From: Dehalococcoidales bacterium | Lineage (GTDB): Bacteria > Chloroflexota > Dehalococcoidia > Dehalococcoidales > W693 | Direction of reading: 5' to 3' | Length of the DNA stretch: 64,000 nucleotides | Assembly (NCBI GenBank): GCA_034431095.1 | Contig: DAOUDM010000035.1 | Span: 844-64,843 of the forward strand | Part shown: positions 63,777 through 64,000 of the stretch, one piece after another | How the letters are laid out: every line of letters begins with the position of its first letter | Numbering within the stretch: position 1 is the first letter of the stretch | The notes under the pieces: model-generated | What the model saw: the letters and a program-made list of their open reading frames with translations, nothing else | Told to the model about the DNA's origin: nothing | Database searches by the model: none | Program-made: the position numbers and the translations under genes

Positions 63777-64000
63777 TCAATCGTCTATACCCGGCACCGG
63801 GAAGCGCTGGCACATCTGGGTAACCTCTTCTTTTACCTGCCGCTGGACTTCCAGGTCATCAATATGGCTGATTACCTTTATCACCAGGGAGGCAATGCAC
63901 TTCATTTCTACTTCACCAAAGCCGCGGCTGGTTACCGCCGGCGTCCCCAGCCGGATGCCGTTGGCTATCCGGGGTGGCTGGGTATTGGCGAAGGGTACCT
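63777..64000 (-). CDS. glyA: Serine hydroxymethyltransferase, C-terminal fragment (5' part outside the window)
   Basis: Hand translation of the reverse strand gives ...VPFANTQPPRIANGIRLGTPAVTSRGFGEVEMKCIASLVIKVISHIDD...RFPVPGIDD*. GIRLGTPAVTSRGF is the conserved SHMT C-terminal motif. The stop is at 63777-63779. Confidence 0.85.
   Translation of the reverse strand, partial: VPFANTQPPRIANGIRLGTPAVTSRGFGEVEMKCIASLVIKVISHIDDLEVQRQVKEEVTQMCQRFPVPGIDD

Overview
Gene-dense 64-kb chromosomal segment: about 60 CDS and 2 tRNAs, with no rRNA, CRISPR array, integrase or transposase seen. The core is roughly 55-57% GC in hand-counted 60-nt samples. Most of it is housekeeping. This includes heat shock (groES-groEL behind a CIRCE operator; dnaJ-hspR-clpC), purine synthesis (purF, purM, purH), pyrG, fsa/tal and rho. 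It also includes tsaD, tilS, rsmA, ispE, plsY, cca, corA, nnr, coaX, coaBC, valS, secA, prs and a glyA fragment. Two tandem paralogous giant BNR/Asp-box surface proteins, the HspR/ClpC arrangement and tRNAs lacking encoded CCA give a Chloroflexota/Dehalococcoidia-like impression. That is inference only, with low confidence.

Several things are not ordinary.

(1) Short low-GC islets (about 33-42% GC) are wedged between conserved genes:
- a three-gene overlapping operon of unknown function between plsY and cca (37084-38372). This is my best candidate for an undescribed accessory, defence or TA-like module.
- a single-gene OLD-family ATPase/TOPRIM nuclease inserted into the prs-DUF2007-secA gene string (57733-59586).
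- a 0.9-kb islet bounded by a CAU tRNA and a perfect 46-nt copy of its 3' half (43470-44512).
- a low-GC 3' extension fused in frame to coaBC, followed by a lipoprotein gene (52176-53476).
- an excisionase-type HTH gene next to a tRNA (4088-4483).

(2) The tRNA at 4525-4607 has a class II (long variable arm) body, but its anticodon loop reads GUC (Asp).

(3) A mosaic family of G/C-rich hairpin modules fills six long intergenic regions and one mini-copy. Modules are shared between loci in both orientations.

(4) purM appears to need a non-canonical ATT start.

All calls come from reading the sequence and the ORF track and from recalled family signatures. No database search was run.
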